This document shows positions 62,952-63,836 of a stretch of 63,836 nucleotides of DNA, piece after piece; the stretch's first letter is position 1, and each line of letters starts with the position of its first letter. Made by a program: the position numbers and the translations under genes. The DNA lies in contig CAYOMO010000001.1 of assembly GCA_964405065.1 (NCBI GenBank), positions 1-63,836 of the forward strand, given 5' to 3'. This DNA comes from an uncultured Gammaproteobacteria bacterium (GTDB lineage Bacteria > Patescibacteriota > Microgenomatia > Daviesbacterales > UBA10151). The notes under the pieces were generated by a model that saw nothing but the letters and a program-made list of their open reading frames with translations, did not search any database and had not been told where the DNA came from.

Positions 62952-63836
62952 CCAGCTTGTTTTACTCATTCAAACTAAAACTTTTAGACAAAGTCTTTTG
63001 ACGGTATCAACTGTTGGAATAAATGGTATTTTGGGAGCTATCTTTTTTATCTGTATTGCGCGAATGTTAGGGCCCTCTGAGTATGGGGTTTTTGCTTTAG
63101 CAATTGCTTCATTAACACTGATAGCTGACATTGCTGATTTTGGTACCAATACCGGTATTGTTAGATTTGTGCCAGGTTTAATTAAACATCAACCTGCAGA
63201 TGCTTATCGGATGCTGAAGCTGAGTTTGGAGATAAAAGCAGTGGTTTGGTGTTTGGTGTTGCTGGTGGGATTTTTCCTGATTCCATTTATTGTTATCACT
63301 ATTTTTGGGAAAGTTGAGCTAATTTTTCCACTTCAGTTGAGTTTAATTGGAGTGGGCGGAGCAATGTTTTATACTTATACCCAGTCAGTACTCCAGGCTT
63401 TTGAAAAATATCGTTTATGGAGTTTTTTAAATCTTTTTACCAATGGTTTACGGCTTTTCATTACATTGGTTTTGAGTGTTCTAGTTGGTTTGAATGTATT
63501 TAGCGGTTTGCTGCTTTATATCAGTATTCCTTTTATTGGATTTTTAATTGGTTGTAGTTTGTTGCCAATTCGTCAGATTGTATCAGCCCAGAAAGAGACA
63601 AATTTATTCAAAGATTTTCGTTCTTACAACAGTTATATTGCCATCTTTACTTTAATTGCGGCTTTTTCGAACAGAATTGATATGTATCTTGCCGCCAAGT
63701 TACTAAACCCTGATGAGGTTGGTATCTACGGTGCTGCTGTGCAGCTGAATTCATTTATTCCACAAATAATGGGCGGGCTAGGAGTGGTAGTAGCTCCAAA
63801 GTTTGCTTCTTTTACCACGCAACATCAAATGATTGG
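62929..63836 (+). CDS. Wzx/MOP-superfamily flippase, 3'-truncated by the window edge (not in the supplied ORF track)
   Basis: ATG at 62929, frame open to the end of the window. MQIREKINQLVLLIQTKTFRQSLLTVSTVGINGILGAIFFICIARMLGPSEYGVFALAIASL carries the same LGPS(D/E)YG N-terminal motif as the flippase at 21651-22916. Overlaps the upstream gene by 23 nt. Confidence 0.7.
   Translation, partial: MQIREKINQLVLLIQTKTFRQSLLTVSTVGINGILGAIFFICIARMLGPSEYGVFALAIASLTLIADIADFGTNTGIVRFVPGLIKHQPADAYRMLKLSLEIKAVVWCLVLLVGFFLIPFIVITIFGKVELIFPLQLSLIGVGGAMFYTYTQSVLQAFEKYRLWSFLNLFTNGLRLFITLVLSVLVGLNVFSGLLLYISIPFIGFLIGCSLLPIRQIVSAQKETNLFKDFRSYNSYIAIFTLIAAFSNRIDMYLAAKLLNPDEVGIYGAAVQLNSFIPQIMGGLGVVVAPKFASFTTQHQMI

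Noticed and set aside
1-63836. A search for CRISPR arrays, tRNA/rRNA genes, transposases, integrases, phage genes, toxin-antitoxin or known defence-system genes. Also considered: an alternative genetic code with UGA reassigned.
   Set aside because: I saw no regularly spaced direct repeats, no T-loop/anticodon-arm-like structures in the few spacers, and no recombinase or nuclease motifs. TGA clearly terminates many genes at ATGA junctions, and the long ORFs need no read-through, so the standard code fits.

Overview
AT-rich, gene-dense bacterial window. It uses the standard genetic code: TGA acts as a stop in many ATGA stop/start junctions. The whole window is one continuous cell-surface glycan or glycoconjugate assembly supercluster. 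I support 52 protein-coding genes, 46 on the + strand and 6 on the - strand; two are truncated by the window edges. One is a 59-codon ORF absent from the supplied track, and one is an open-ended 3' ORF also absent from it.

Gene content:
- 16 large polytopic membrane proteins that look like GT-C-type glycosyltransferases. These include six tandem PMT/ArnT-like (GT39/GT83-type) paralogs, three giant AftD/DUF3367-like paralogs, one YfhO-like, one PIG-V-like and two DUF2029-like proteins.
- 11 family-2 (GT-A) glycosyltransferases, four of them of the DPM1/GtrB polyprenyl-phosphate-sugar synthase type.
- 5 GT4 (GT-B) glycosyltransferases.
- 5 SAM-methyltransferase domains.
- 2 Wzx/MOP-type flippases.
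- GDP-fucose synthase.
- An amino-sugar block: 2-epimerase-like, Gfo/Idh/MocA dehydrogenase, DegT aminotransferase, Fmt-like formyltransferase and a hexapeptide acyltransferase.
- An SDR-like / TIM-barrel / FAD-oxidoreductase block.
- An O-acyltransferase, a NodU/CmcH carbamoyltransferase, and one arginine-rich orphan protein.

I recognised no rRNA, tRNA, CRISPR array, transposase, integrase or phage gene.

The few intergenic regions contain long imperfect inverted repeats, a shared 16-mer, and -10-like hexamers placed 6-8 nt from start codons. The gene style (tandem PMT-like arrays, pervasive gene overlaps, little Shine-Dalgarno signal) resembles Patescibacteria/CPR genomes, but that placement is inference only.

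All family calls come from motif reading by eye. No searches were run.
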